64,000 bases of DNA, taken from positions 16,120,001 through 16,184,000 of the forward strand of contig NC_043022.1 of assembly GCF_006345805.1 (NCBI RefSeq), read 5' to 3'. Shown piece by piece: positions 11,871-24,140 of the stretch. The translations under genes were made by a program, and so were the position numbers. Source of the DNA: Octopus sinensis (Eukaryota). Under the pieces are notes generated by a model. It did no database searches. It saw only the letters and a program-made list of their open reading frames with translations, and was not told the origin of the DNA. Numbering within the stretch: position 1 is the stretch's first letter; every line of letters starts with the position of its first letter.

Positions 11871-12869
11871 TTAATGGTAGTCTTGTAAACATAATGTATT
11901 TGGTATCTCCATTCTTGCTTCTATAGAAATTTATCGTCTGCAGGTGTTTCAAACAATCTGATGAATTTTTTTTTCTCCAATTTTCCTGCAGTTTAAAGTT
12001 GTGAAAATGTGTCAGCCTCTAAAGAAATATAGTATTAGAAAAGTGTACAAATTATAGTTGCAAACTTAAAATTATTGACTTAAATAAAATATTATGTTCA
12101 ATTTTTATACAGATTTTTATTACATACATTAACAATTTACATAACAAAGAGTAAATAATGTATAGAGGTTTCATATAATTGCTATTAATATCATCTAAAA
12201 AAAAAAATCCTAATCAATTAAAAAATGAAAGGTAAGTGAAAAAAATGTAAGCACGGCTTTCAGTTTCAATGATAACTAAAAATGCGAATAAGAAGCAAAA
12301 ATAGACTGAGAAAGTTTTCATTCTATTTAAAAATTTTTTATTATTTTATTAAATCTGTTTCATAAGTTTATTAATTTTGCTTCAGTTGTAATGTGAACCT
12401 TCCAAACAGTTTGTTGAATTCTATAAAAGCTTACTATTTCTAAGAACAATAATGTTTTACCTTCTACAGTTATGTGTCTGGTGAAATATTGTATTGTTTA
12501 GCGATCTGTAACGGAAAAATTAGTAATTGTTCTGAATAAAGTCAGATTTTTCCGACAGCTATAACCATAAATTTGAGCCATTTGGTTTCAATAATACATC
12601 ATTATGGAAAGATATTAAGTACAAATTAGTGACTTGACTTTATTGGATGAAAGAAATAATGGTAATGTCTTTCAATTGAGTTTATTTTTGAGTGTGTGTG
12701 TGTTTGCAAAAGACAGATTTATTTTTTAAAAAAAACCTTATAAAATGGTATTTATGAAATAATTTTATGTAAAGAAAGAAGCAGACTACATTATTTTCTC
12801 TCTTACACCTTCCTTCCTTTTCACATTCTGTAACAAGTAAATGATGCTGCAGTAAATTGTCTCTAAAAG

Positions 12870-13050
12870 AGAACAGGCATGGCCATGTGGTAAAGAGGTT
12901 AGCTTTGCAATGATGTGGTTCAGAGTTAAAACCTGCAGCATGGTAGTTTGGGGAGATGTTTCCTTGCCTAACCTCAGATTGACCAATGACTTGTGAATAA
13001 ATTTGGTGGATGAAAACTAATGGAGAAACCCTATAATTTGTGTGTGTACA
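12870..13050 (+). mobile_element. Decayed family A SINE 5' half
   Basis: CAGGCATGGCCATGTGGTAAAGAG head followed by the GTGAATAAATTTGGTGGATGAAAACT body. Confidence 0.65.
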
Positions 13051-13189
13051 AACAGCACTTTATATATATATATATATCATCATTTAATGTTCACTTTCCA
13101 CTGCTTTGATGAGACATTCAGAATTTATTGAAGCAAATCATTATGGTGTATACATATGCATATATTTGTGATTATATAAGTAATTATTC

Positions 13190-14140
13190 AGACTTTGGGT
13201 ATATGTCTATTAGTATACCGATTAAAGCACTTGTCACCCCTATATAACCTTATGTCAGCTTCTGTTTCATTGTTCAGGATATGGAGGATGTAAAGACTAA
13301 CCTGATCCCCTATCTCAGCTCCATCATGGATCCCTATAGCAACATCAAATAGCTCATCTCCGCTCTTTTTAGGTATTATTAGGAAAGAGCAATGGCTACC
13401 CTGCATTCATTGTAATGTCTATATTGTTGTTAGTGACCATTGTAAAATAGAATTTATTAATCTTGAATGACTTCTGGAGCAGGCTTTTGGAGATTAAGGG
13501 GTAAGTTCCATAATATGCAAAACTGAATGAATTTGGGTTTGACTTTAATTTTCCTAAACCACTGAATGGTTGCTCTGCTACATATCCATTGTGTTAGATT
13601 TGAGGAGGCTCTGACATGTCATATGACATTTCCTAGTATAGATTTGCTAAAAATGCCTATATTGCTTTTCACCAATCTACAACTAGAGTTTTACATGAAA
13701 TTGTCTTTACGGTCCTCCAGGGTTACAAAAGGTTTTCACAAGATGAGTCATTGCACTCTATTGTTGATGCCAAGTTTCATGGCTACATTTCTTTGCCTCG
13801 TTGTTGATTAAATTATGTCATAAGATCCATTTTTTGTATATGTTTTAGCTGTGTTATCAATTAGCAGTTGATGTATGCAGTTATCTACCTCATAAGCATT
13901 TTTTGCTGTATATGCTTTTATAAATGTGTTTGGAGAGTCCTTAAAAGGTTCAAGATATGTTTGTAATTTCTGCTGGAAGCTATTGGATCTAAGGTTGAAT
14001 TTAATATTTTCATCTAATTTCATGAGGTCATCTTCAAATCTATTGAGATCTTCAATATGTGGTGGATTTTGGTTTGACCTGAAACTGTAACTACCCTCTG
14101 GACATTTTCTTTCAATAAGATGCTTGATGTAGATTTCCAT
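13190..14140 (-). pseudogene. Penelope-like (Naiad-type) reverse transcriptase relic
   Basis: Successive decayed frames read YSFRSNQNPPHIEDLNRFEDDLMKLDENIKF...FQQKL, then PFVTLEDRKDNF..., IGIFSKSIL...QWFRKI..KFIQF, then LFDVAIGIHDGAEIGDQVSLYIL...IRLYRGD. This parallels the FDVTMGSFDGAE..LVGLYIL...GLYRDD motif order. Stops and frameshifts are present. Confidence 0.85.
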
Positions 14141-15115
14141 GGTGAAAGAGGAATATTCTTCAGAGATGTTTCCTCTTCATGTTTTTATATGGTTTGTTTT
14201 GAGTCTATGTTCATTTTTAGTGCTTGTCTGATGTTTAAGAATGCTGGAAGTGCTGCTATACTAGTATCAAACAATGAGAATGAGTGCTCAACACCTTTGC
14301 ACACACCCACACTTATATGCACATGTGCATATATATATATGTACATACATTGTCAGATGAAGTGTCAGTTCTGAAAGATCACTGTCCTCTTATCTCCCCA
14401 CAGGTAGACATAATGAAAATCCTCAAACACACTATATAACATGTTTTGCTGACACAGACTGCTGCCATTTTGCTAGGATTCTGCTTTTGTCACCCAGATT
14501 TAATCAGTTTGTTTCTCATCTCTAGTCCTCTGCTGTGTTCTAAAACATTCCCAGCTAACTTACCTTTTTAAAGACCTTAAATTCCATTTAATCTATATAT
14601 ATTTTCATTTCTGTTTAATGGGGTCTTTGATTTTTGTTAAATTCCCAATCAGAACTGTTTGGCTTAAATTGTTTATTTTGTTGGAAAGGAATGTCTGTCA
14701 CGACTTCTCATAGACCATAAGTCTGAAAAAGATTTATGCTTATAAAAGAAATTAGATTTTGCACACATCAATCATCTGGCAAATAAATTATACAATCTTT
14801 TCAGAGACACTTAAGGTCATATAGGTGTGACCTTATTTCAAGTAGCAATGATTGATGTCAGTTTATTTAATCTTGTATATTATAGATAGTTGCTTGACTC
14901 TTCTTAAGAAAATTTCAAATACCGATGGCATGAATAAAGGGAAGTGTGTCTCGGATTTTACATTATTGTAGCACTATAACAACATGTGTTGGAAGAATTT
15001 AGAATGGAGATGGTGGGAGAATCAGGTTAGTGCTTCTCGGTGTTTGAGTGTGTATGAAATGGTTTTGCTGAATGTACTTTCTCTGCATGTTTGTAGAGGT
15101 TTCACTACATTTGTG

Positions 15116-15157
<42 letters not shown>

Positions 15158-16439
15158 CATGTGTGAGTGGTGCAAGCACTGAGTAATGTAGAGTTTACTG
15201 CGCAGTTTTGATTCCAGGTTAAGATAAATCTAGAGATTCAACCTAAGATTTTGACCCTTCAAAAAGGCTTTGTAAATATCCTTTGCCTTTTGGGTGTTTC
15301 AAAAGGTTTCATTTCTAAGTTGAAAGTCAAGGAGATGGCAGTCTTGTGAAATGTATCCCTCTATAACACTTAGACATCTAAAGATACAACAACACAAGAA
15401 AAATGAAATGGTTCAGCTGATACTTGAAACTGGGTTGTGGGTATCTTTGGCATACTGGAACTTACTGTATGCTATGTTGCATGCCCCTTTACACAGAAAC
15501 ACTCACACAACACACACTATGAGCAAATCTGATATTACTACTCGTGACTGATTCTGCTAAACATGGGTTTCTCATTTATTAATGTCAGTGATTTACTGAT
15601 GCCACTATTGCAACAAGGTGAACGTATTACTATTCTTGAGAACACCTGTAATAGATTTATCTACTCACATCAAATAGAATAAGCATTTCTTTTTTTTTTC
15701 TTTTTCTTTTTTGTTTGCAATCTAATTTTTCTGTTTCTGTTTATTTGTTAATTTATATTCTGAATGAAACTCATTGACCTAAAGCTCTTAAATACTGTGA
15801 GAGTTCTTTCATCTGATTACATCTTTACACAGGGTATTGAAAAATGATAGTGTAAATTATGAAATTGACAAGTTCGGATGATACTACTTTTCTAACTTAT
15901 CATTTCCTCTGACACCACGTTTAGCTTAACTGACAGAGCTGTAGCTCATCACTGTAAATATAGCGTTACCTTCATGCTCATAATTATCAACAACAGGAAT
16001 ATCATCATCATCAACAGCATCAGCAATATCGGAACTCTCATCTTCCAGTGAATGTGCTTCCTATTTAGTTGCTTGATCTGTTTAAGATAACAGCCACCAA
16101 GATGATCGGAACTGATAGTGTAACTGTTATTAACTGCAGACACAGCAACTCTGGGCTGATTCTAGTTTCACAAACTCGCCATGTTTTTCTCTCTGTATAT
16201 CCATTCCAATTAACGGAAATGTGTGACAATGTCTTATTCCCAAGAACAGCAACTTCTCCCAACCTGACAACTACTGACCTATTTCCCTCACCTTCATCAT
16301 CTCAAATGTGATAGATAGTTGTAACCAACCCGTGTTGTCATCTATAGCTCTTCACTCTCATCAGTGACCACCAACTTAGTTTCTAAGCTGACACCAACAG
16401 AGATCTGCTTCCTGATGTCATTGGCCAGTGGCCCCTAAA

Positions 16440-16800
16440 AACACAATTTTCTTTCAAGCCTTTGAAAGCCTTCTGTAGTCAAAGTCTATGTTTCACTGCC
16501 ATGTAACATAGCTTTATGTATACAAGCATCATACTCTGAGGGAGAGATCCTTAATTACCAACAAAGGTAGAAGCTCTCTGAACTTTGCCCAGCATGATGG
16601 TTGTAAGTGAGCATCACCATCATACAAGCAAGGTTGTTCATTTGCAGTCTTCTATGAAAAACACATCTGGCCATGGTGAAATATTACCTTGCTTGGAAGC
16701 ATGTGAAGTTTTATATAGGAACAGCATCTGACTGTAGAAAAACCTGCCTCAACAAATACCATTTGACTCATGCAAGGATGAAAATGTAAACATTAAGTTA
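16440..16800. mobile_element. RTE LINE fragments (ORF piece on -, 3' UTR-like piece on +)
   Basis: Minus strand gives LSLRV...AMLHGSET*TLTTEGFQRLERK, matching the RTE LHGSETW motif. Confidence 0.6.
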
Positions 16801-17169
16801 TAATTGTGATGATAACTTGCAAATACCTGGGTCAGCTTATGTACTACGAATGCACATGTTTTATAAACAACATTCAAAGACAGTTATGTGACTAATAGGC
16901 AAAACTCAACTACCAATAGAGAGAGACACACACACTTTCTCTCACCATCTCTCTCTCTCTCTCTCTCTCCACTGGTTGTATCCTCCATTTATCTTTTCTA
17001 TGATTGCTAAAAAAATGTTACTGCTTCTCTGAATTAGCAAACTATATCACCTTGGCACAAACTTATTTGATGCACCTCCTCTCATCCATACTGCATCTCA
17101 CCACACAAACCTTGAATTAAATTTTTTTTTGCCCAAACCTTTTCCCTGAAGACTGTAGTTTTCTAGAAC

Positions 17170-17410
17170 TCTCTCTTTGTCCATATTTTCCCAGCAGATA
17201 TTATCACACACAAGTTGATTAAATGCTATTGACCTCGTTAAAGTTGTGTAGGACTGGAGGGACTCGAAGCAATATCCTTCCTCATTAAATTCAATTGTTG
17301 TTGGTGCGATCAGAAAAAAATTGGAGCAAAACATTGAAAATTGTATTTCCAAAGAATCTTGCCATATATATTTATGGCAAGAAAGACTGGTAAATATCCC
17401 ATGAAAATGA
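17170..17410 (+). pseudogene. Possible highly decayed RLE-type (R4/Dong-like) retrotransposon endonuclease fragment
   Basis: PADIITHKLIKCY and IVVGAIRKKLEQNIENC resemble the PD...K..ID and PIVVGALG motifs; similarity is weak. Confidence 0.35.
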
Positions 17411-17605
17411 ACATGTAGAGAATCAAGATGGATCATGTGAAAGAGTTCAGTTCACATGAAGGAAGTGGAAATGTCTTGACCCCACATTGGATTTGACCCA
17501 ACCAAAGCAAAATGGGAGACACATGTTAACCCCTGTCTACAACTGGTGAAAGTCCAAACCACGACTTATCTTTTGGTTTGCCCATTCACTATATTAAACT
17601 CCTCT

Positions 17606-17790
17606 AAGGTGGCAAGCTGGTAGAATAATTAGCATGCCTGCAAAATGCTTAGAGATATTTTATCTGTCCTTATATTCTGAGTTCAAATTCCACTGAGGTC
17701 AACTTTGCATTTTGTCCTTTCAGGATCAAGAAAATAATTGACTTACTCCCCCACTTGAACTTGCTAGCCTTGTGCCAAAATTTGAAACTA
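17606..17790 (+). mobile_element. Family C SINE
   Basis: Head, core and tail recognisable. Confidence 0.8.
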
Positions 17791-17882
17791 GTTCTCTTGT
17801 TGATTGGATGATTTTAGAAATAACATTAAGAATGCACAAGATTATGAAGGAAAAGTGGAAAAATTTGATATGAGCACAAAGT

Positions 17883-18060
17883 AGAGGCATGGCTGCATGG
17901 ATAACGAGTTCACTTCATAATGATGGGGCTTCAGATTCTATCTCACAGCATGACACCTTGGGCAAATGTCTTCTACTACAGCCTTGAGATGACCAGTACT
18001 TTGTGAATGAAATTGGTAGATGGAAACTGTATGGAAGTCTATCATAAATATATTTATGTG
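17883..18060 (+). mobile_element. Decayed family A SINE 5' half
   Basis: ACCTTGGGCAAATGTCTTCTACTACAGCC core. Confidence 0.7.
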
Positions 18061-18616
18061 TGTGTGTGTTTCTACATCTGTATTTTCATATGTCACCATC
18101 TGAGTAAAAATGTGATGTGATGTTTTCATTCCATGCAAACAAAATGTCCTTAGCTCAGCACCTTTGAAGACTAGTGAAATAAAAAATCCTTTACCTGAAA
18201 AATAATTAAGGTTGGTGACAAGAAGGGCACCTGGCCATAAAACACTGTCTTAAGAAGTCTCCCCACAAAACATGTTAACATAGAAAATCAGATGCAAGAT
18301 AAACAAGCAAATGAACAAAATAATAATTAGTAAAGCAATATGGTTACAACTAGAATGTTCATTATAAAGCCATTCCCAAGCAGTAAGTTGTATGTGATGT
18401 GACTAGAATGCTCTTTATAAAGCAATTCTGAAGCAACAGGCTTTTAGGTGGAGCTGGATTTTGAGGTTGCATCTCTACATCTGATTAGCCATATGGTTAT
18501 TCAACTACAAAAACATCAACCCCAATCATCATTTAGCAACTTGAAAGTCAAAGATATTTTATTGAGTCATTAATATTGCGATAAATACAGATGAAATAAA
18601 ATTGAAAGATCTTTGA

Positions 18617-18619
<3 letters not shown>

Positions 18620-18673
<54 letters not shown>

Positions 18674-18675
18674 GT
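18620..18675. repeat. (GT)n microsatellite
   Basis: Directly visible. Confidence 0.95.
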
Positions 18676-20513
18676 ATAATTAATTTACTGTGAAACATTA
18701 ATGAAGTTTTCTAATGGCAATCCAATACTTGCAGACATAATGACTATTTTAGTTTTATTTCAATAATTTTATCTCTGGAGACATTTCCATATGAAACTAT
18801 TCCCTTTTATGAATTAATCTATCATTGGGTTAGAGTCCAATGCAGGCAATATTTTCACAGTTGGATGATAACCTAACCGTGTTTTTGTTCTGTTGTATTA
18901 CCATTAAGGTGGAAATTGTTGGCAGCATCCATTGTGGCTTGTTTCTGTTCCATTCATTAAACAACTATCCCTTTTAATTATTTTGTCTTCAACATTGTTC
19001 TATCCTATTTAACTCTTCTCTGTTATATAACCTTGTACATATCAATCCACAATTCTTACCCTATCATATTACATTTTAATTTTTTAATTTTGCCTTGAAC
19101 TTGAAATATTTGCTAATTGTCTTCCTTTTATATGGTAGATTTTATAATTAGGATATCATTCACATCTTCATAGGAACAACAAAACATTCAATGAAAATTC
19201 AGATTTTTCTTTTTTCTTTTTTGCAAAGACATTTAGAATAGACTCTCCTAAAAATTGCATTATTATTGAATACTTAAAGTGTTGAATATTATTATTATGT
19301 GTAGAAAACGTGAACTGTAAGAATGTGTTAGCCAATTGTTGAATCTATGTTCTTACTCTCAAACATTTTGTCATGTTTAAAAGTTAGTTACAGTCTGTCT
19401 TGGGCCTATTGGTGGTGTTTAAGTGACTGTAGGTACAAGAATTTTACCCAAATGAGACACTAGTCCATCAAAAGGTCTGACTGCTGGTATTCATTTACAG
19501 CTGAGTGAACTGAACCAAACTTGGACTTTAGGGTCTTACGCTGCTCCTACAGAAACGGAACCCACAACCTAATGATCTTGAACTCAACACCCAAAAACTA
19601 GGCAATGTGACTTCACTTTCATCATATATTACATAAAATGACTGCATCAAACTTGGTGGTTTTTTTCTTAACTCAATTCACTTTCATTGTATTCCTAGGG
19701 TACGTTTGCTGTTAAATCATTAACTAATTTGCTCAATAAATCTTGTGTGTCTATGAAACTGAATCAGTTTAATACCTATTAGCAAACTCTTTGAACTAAC
19801 AATTAGGAATCTGTCAGCATTGGCATTATGTCAGAGATTATATATATATTTTTTTTCCTATCTCTTCAAATTCACCAGATTAACTCAGCAAAATAACATC
19901 TCGTTTACAAAGTAACACTGAACCTGCTTTCTCTATTCTGTAGACAAACATCTTACCAGTAAGGCCACTCCAATACCTGTACCGTGCAGATGAACCAGAC
20001 TGCGCATCAAGCTGCATCATTTAACAGGTAACTGTCTTCTTAGATATTGTTTCTTCCATTATTTTCTTGCTTTTATATATCGAAATGGTAGTTTTTTCCC
20101 CACAAAATTGATTTTAAATGGAATCACCACTTCCAAATACTTTGAATGTGTGTATATGTGCATATACACGCATGTGTTTGTGAATATGTATATACAATCT
20201 TCCTACATTTCTCCAAAGTGAATAAAGATATGCTTTTAGAAAAACAACTTCAAGAAACCTTTAAATAATATAAATTGTATTGCAGTTGATTATAAATGAA
20301 AACAAGCCGAAATGAAAACTTTCACTACTTAAAACTTTAAAGTGAAAAAAAAAAACCCCTTTGCTTTTATTCTTCATATATTTCTATACAATGTGATGCA
20401 TTATTCAATCCTTTTTACTCTAATTCTCTCCCTCTCTCTCTCGCCCTCTCTCCCCTCTATTCTACTCTTTGCATTTCCCTGTCTCTGTCTTTCACTTTCT
20501 CTCTCTTTCACTT

Positions 20514-20544
<31 letters not shown>

Positions 20545-21760
20545 TTCCTTTCCTTAAAATAGGACTTCCATTACATTTTCTAATCTTTTTCTTTAAATCC
20601 CAATACACATTTTGCTATCCAAGTGATTACAGCTTTGTAATTTCCAGCAAGGGCTCCACTAGACAGCATGTAATTGTGGAATACTAAAGTAGCAGCAAAG
20701 AAAAAAGAGGAAAAAAAAAAGAAAAGAAAAGAAAAGAAACATGCAGAAAAATGTAGCAAGTGCACTGATATCTTAGACTATGTGCAAGACAATATAGTTA
20801 TTAAAAAGTGAGACGGAGTACAGGTTTTGTACTTAGCATTATGAATGAAAGATGTGAGGTGTTCAATATAGGAAACTAGTTGATGTGAATAGTTGTGAAT
20901 TAATCATTTAATAGAGGATAAAATGTGTGTAAGAATGTAGTCATGCTGGCACCTCGACTATAAAGTGAATGTATTTGGAAGTGATATGAAGAGCAGTTGG
21001 TAGAGAATGTAGGTATGGCATAGAAAACTAGTTTCAGTTTGATTGAATTAAAGGGCTTATCAGTCATGCTCAAAGAAGCAATGATGAGAAGAAGGAGAAG
21101 AAGAAGAAGAGGAAGGGAAAATGGATTTAGATGTGAATTGGTGCCTTTTCCAATATAACAGGCGTGCTATGATGAATTGTAATGGCATCAAGCTAAGTAT
21201 GTCATTCATAGACATTATTTATCGTTGTATACTGAAGGTGTTATTTTTTGTGATGGACATGTAAGCTCTGTGTTCAATTATTGGAAAATCAAGGATGATT
21301 AGTGAAGGTAAATACTGGAGAAAGTGGAGGAAGTCTAAGTAGGTTCTTCGGTCGAGTAGTTAAGGCATTCATTTCACAAACACATGTTCAATCTCTCTGC
21401 AGGACACCTTGGGCAAGTGTCTGCCATCGTAGCTTCAATGCTTTGTGAATGAAATTCGGTGAAAAGAAATTGCAAAAGTGTGTCAGGTGAGTGTGTGTGT
21501 GTGTGTGTGTGTGCATTCACGCATGTGCATACACACACATGCACACATACATAATCACTATAATAGGCAGAAAATAATCACTGTGTAGAAAACCCAGTGT
21601 GTCACTGTTTAACTACACTGCCTTTGAGTGCTCTGCAACTAATTAAAAATTAGTTGGACTTATGACCAATGTCTGCAGAAAGATAAATGACTGTCAAGTA
21701 TAACCATATAAAGAAAATAAACATTTATATAAAGAAATTTATATAAAGAAAATAAACATA

Positions 21761-22123
21761 GGCGCAGGAGTGGCTGTGTGGTAAGTAGCTTGCTTACTAA
21801 CCACATGGGTCCGGGTTCAGTCCCACTGCGTGGCACTTTGGGAAAGTGTTTTCTACTATAGCCTTCAGGCGACCAAAGCCTTGTGAGTGGATTTGGTAGA
21901 TGGAAACTAAAAGAAGCTCGTTGTATGTATGTGTGTGTGTGTGTGGTGTGTGTGTGTGTATTTGTATGTCTTTGTCCCCCCCCATCACTTGACAACCAAT
22001 GCTAGTTCATTTACGTCTCTGTAACTTAGTGGTTCAGCAAAAGAGACCGATAGAATAAGTACTAAAGGTGGTGCTCCAGCATGGCTGCAGTCAAATGACT
22101 GAAACAAGTAAAAGAATAAAAGA
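21761..22123 (+). mobile_element. Family A SINE, well preserved
   Basis: Runs from GGCGCAGGAGTGGCTGTGTGG to GAAACAAGTAAAAGAATAAAAGAA, with a short internal deletion. Confidence 0.9.
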
Positions 22124-22167
22124 ATTTATCTTAAGGTAACATTTAAGAACACCTAGATGTGTCTGTA

Positions 22168-22168
<1 letters not shown>

Positions 22169-22208
<40 letters not shown>

Positions 22209-22255
22209 TGCACACACACATGCACACACACACACACACGCATGCACACACACAT

Positions 22256-22292
<37 letters not shown>
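22169..22292. repeat. (CA)n tract with CG/TG interruptions
   Basis: About 124 bp of alternating purine-pyrimidine sequence. Confidence 0.95.
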
Positions 22293-22294
<2 letters not shown>

Positions 22295-22498
22295 GTGTAT
22301 GCCTGTATAGCGTTGTATATTTTATGTATATGTATGTTGTGTGTATATTGTCATGTCTATCTCTGTATTATGAAAACTATTTTTGTCTGTATAAATGTTT
22401 CTCTCTTTTTGTGGCAGATGTTTGTATATATCTATATATATCTATATATACAGTGATGTATGTTTTATTTCTGTGTGTGTGTGTGAATATATATATCC

Positions 22499-22725
22499 TC
22501 ATCATCATCATCGTTTAATGTCCATTTTCCGTGCTAGCACGGGTTGGACAGTTCGACCGGTGTCTGGGAAGCCAGGAGGCTGCACCAGGCTCCAGTCTGA
22601 TCTGGCAGTGTTTCTACAGCTGGATGCTCTTCCTAACGCCAACCACTCCGTGAGTGTAGTGGGTGCTTTTTACGTGCCACCGGCACAGGTGCCAGGGGAG
22701 GCTGGCAGCGGCCATGATCGGTTGG
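22499..22725 (-). mobile_element. RTE 3' end
   Basis: Near-identical to the 1275-1540 copy. Confidence 0.85.
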
Positions 22726-23949
22726 TGCTTTTAGAGAAAAACCACTATTATGCAATTCAAACAATGATAGACATAAACCAAATCATAAATAAAAAATAAA
22801 ATATATTTTAAATATATTTTAAGTTTGGAGTTATACTCCCTAATATTATATATATATATGTGTGTGTAGGGATATATGCTTTTATGTTTTTATACCTGAG
22901 TGTGCATGTAAGTTGCTGGATGTTACTGAGTATGTGTATGATTATGTATTCTCCTTGTAATTTATGGTGTATTTGGCTGCTATTTTTAGCAAGTTGAGCA
23001 ACAATGAAGATGATCCATCACTGGCTCATGTGTGCTATTGTGTGTTTGTGGGTTTTGATTTACATGTGCACCCTTGTATACTGTTAGGAGTTACTATATA
23101 AATCCCTGTGTGTGTGTGTGTGTGTGTGCATGTGTGTGTGTGTGTCTGTGTGTGTGTGAATACTAGTGAAGAATTGTTGATAAATCAGTGCATCAGAAAT
23201 ACTTTGTGTTATTTATTTCATCCCAATTACATATCTTTATACTGAGGTGAACTTAGCCATTTGATAGATAAAGATCAGTAAAATAAGCACCAGGCAAAAT
23301 ACTGGGTAGGGGGATCAATATAATTGACTAAAAACCCCTGAAGACAGTATCCTAACATGGCTACAATCCAAAGACTGGAACCAACAAAGGATAAGATTGA
23401 ATATAATTTGATAAACAATGGGGAAAGTGCTATTGAAGTTCATTTAAGTTGTTGATAAAGATGCTCAGATTTTTTTCTGCTTATTGAAGTTTTTGAAGCC
23501 CTATTAAAATTTATTGTATTCACCATCATCTTAAGACCATGCTGGCATCTGTTTTCTAGGCCAACGGGATTCAAGACACTGGATGATCATGTTATGCTCC
23601 AATGATTCAGTTTCTTATTGCATTCTCATTGTGAAACTCTTTTAATGAGCTGAAGAAGTGTGGAATCTTGCAGAAAAAATATTTTGTTTAAAGCCGACTT
23701 CAAGAATTGTTTGTATCTTAGGATGTTGGACCTCAACAGATGAGTCGACAGAATATTTAGACAAATGTTGTTTGCTGAAGAGCGACTCCTAAAACAGTGA
23801 TTATATAATTGTAAAACATAAACATTGTTTACCAATTATAATCTCCATGTTGAAGATAGAATTTATATAATCTATAAGGCAGATTACAGCTGAGCTAAGA
23901 GAAAGTTGGCCCTTTAGACACTGAGTTGACATTTTGTATTTTGTTACAG

Positions 23950-24140
23950 TGAGAGCATGTGGCCTAGTGGTTAGGGTGTTGCACTCACAATTGTGAGATC
24001 ACGGGTTCAATTCCTGGATCAGACTGTGCATAGTACTTTTGAATCTCATGTTGTTCTGCAGAGGCAGCGTTAGTTTGATGGAGGGAGTAAGCTTCTGTAC
24101 AGCACATACATTTGATCACTACAAACAAATCATCTGTGCA
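23950..24140 (+). mobile_element. tRNA-headed SINE related to family B
   Basis: TGGCCTAGTGGTTAGGGTGTTGCACTCAC...GGTTCAATTCC head; body shared with 55892-56190. Confidence 0.75.

Noticed and set aside
23520-23830. Coding-like tract with faint PLE endonuclease similarity and CTGAAGAG/CAGATGAGTCGAC words
   Set aside because: Similarity is too weak and no GAAA half follows either word.
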